DNA of 64,000 nt from a virus. The notes beneath the pieces were generated by a model. The model was not told where the DNA came from and ran no database searches. It saw only the letters and a program-made list of their open reading frames with translations. Location: IMG/VR virus record IMGVR_UViG_3300045988_175656, one strand, 5' to 3'. This document shows, one piece after another, positions 63,682 to 64,000 of this stretch; positions within the stretch are counted from its first letter, which is position 1; each line of letters begins with the position of its first letter. A program made the position numbers and the translations under genes.

Positions 63682-63691
63682 TATATTTGCA
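63682..63691 (+). promoter_or_regulatory. Bacteroidota-type -7 promoter box
   Basis: tatatttgca; ATG at 63714. Confidence 0.6.
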
Positions 63692-63713
63692 TTGAAATAA
63701 TAAATAAAACAAT

Positions 63714-64000
63714 ATGGAAAATAGTATTTATGTACTTGAATTACCTTTAAAAGTTGAGAAATGGCAAGAAGATATTATGGTTAAACGCTTTAATTTATTG
63801 CGTATATTATACAATAATATTCTTCATAAATATGAACTTAGATATAACCAATTAATTAAGATTAAAGAATATCGTGAAGCTAAAACTAAGTTATATAATT
63901 TAGATGCAAAAAAAGAAATTAAGGCTAAGATAAAAGCAATAGAAAAAGAACTAGGCAAAAAAAATGCTATCAACAATGAAAACTATAATCTATTAATTAA
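63714..64000 (+). CDS. 3'-truncated ORF with TnpB/Cas12-like N-terminal pattern (tentative)
   Basis: hand-translated MENSIYVLELPLKVEKWQEDIMVKRFNLLRILYNNILHKYE..; open to the window end; pattern Y.hxLPLxxxxWQxxxhxKRFxxxRxLYN resembles OrfB/TnpB and type V effector N-termini. Confidence 0.3.
   Translation, partial: MENSIYVLELPLKVEKWQEDIMVKRFNLLRILYNNILHKYELRYNQLIKIKEYREAKTKLYNLDAKKEIKAKIKAIEKELGKKNAINNENYNLLI

Noticed and set aside
1-64000. Stop-codon reassignment (TAG or TGA recoding), as reported for some Bacteroidota gut phages
   Set aside because: Under the standard code the window is already almost gap-free. All recognisable conserved genes (dnaK, dnaJ, pncB, the ABC ATPase, Thg1 and others) are full length with no internal TAG or TGA. 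TAA dominates as the stop codon, as expected for AT-rich DNA. TAG stops are followed quickly by further stops or by a terminator.
1-64000. CRISPR arrays or other regularly spaced direct repeats
   Set aside because: No repeat-spacer periodicity is visible in any non-coding tract. The only tandem repeats are in-frame protein repeats inside the homing-endonuclease-like genes.
1-64000. Interpreting the window as a bacterial chromosome or symbiont fragment because of dnaK, dnaJ, infC, a sigma factor, ssb and ompA
   Set aside because: These genes are interspersed with tail-fibre-like genes, free-standing homing endonucleases and dozens of tiny overlapping orphan ORFs. Phage-typical counter-defence and repair genes are also present, and all units are driven by one repeated promoter cassette. 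No ribosomal protein or rRNA context is present. A large phage is the simpler reading, although a plasmid or phage-plasmid cannot be excluded from this window alone.

Overview
This is an AT-rich, densely coded window with about 105 plausible ORFs, most on the + strand and many with overlapping stop/start codons. I read it as part of a large tailed-phage genome infecting a Bacteroidota host. The host call rests on 21 intergenic copies of a near-invariant TATATTTGCA box, which matches the Bacteroidota -7 promoter consensus TAnnTTTG and often has a TTTG about 20 nt upstream. A BACON-like domain and OmpA-type proteins support it. Confidently recognisable genes are dnaK, dnaJ, an IF3 homologue, a sigma-70-family factor, SSB, nicotinate phosphoribosyltransferase, a nicotinamidase-like hydrolase, RdgB/HAM1, a Thg1-like tRNA repair enzyme, an Rnl5-type RNA ligase and a three-part ABC importer. 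Likely but less certain are an HD-plus-P-loop-kinase RNA end-healing protein, a Ro60/TROVE-like vWA protein, Nudix, macro-like and NADAR proteins, a Ser/Thr kinase with a PP2C-like phosphatase, tail-fibre-like proteins and three free-standing homing-endonuclease-like genes. The most interesting signals are listed here. (1) A TROVE-like/HD/RNA-ligase block ends in a 62-nt non-canonical tRNA-like element inside a 233-nt non-coding tract. (2) RNA-repair genes are dispersed across the window. (3) There is an NAD/ADP-ribose gene set. (4) A membrane-anchored PspA-like protein sits beside an ABC importer whose binding protein is fused to an OmpA domain. (5) A truncated TnpB/Cas12-like N-terminus lies at the window end. 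I saw no rRNA, canonical tRNA or CRISPR array. All family assignments come from motif recognition by eye, not from searches.
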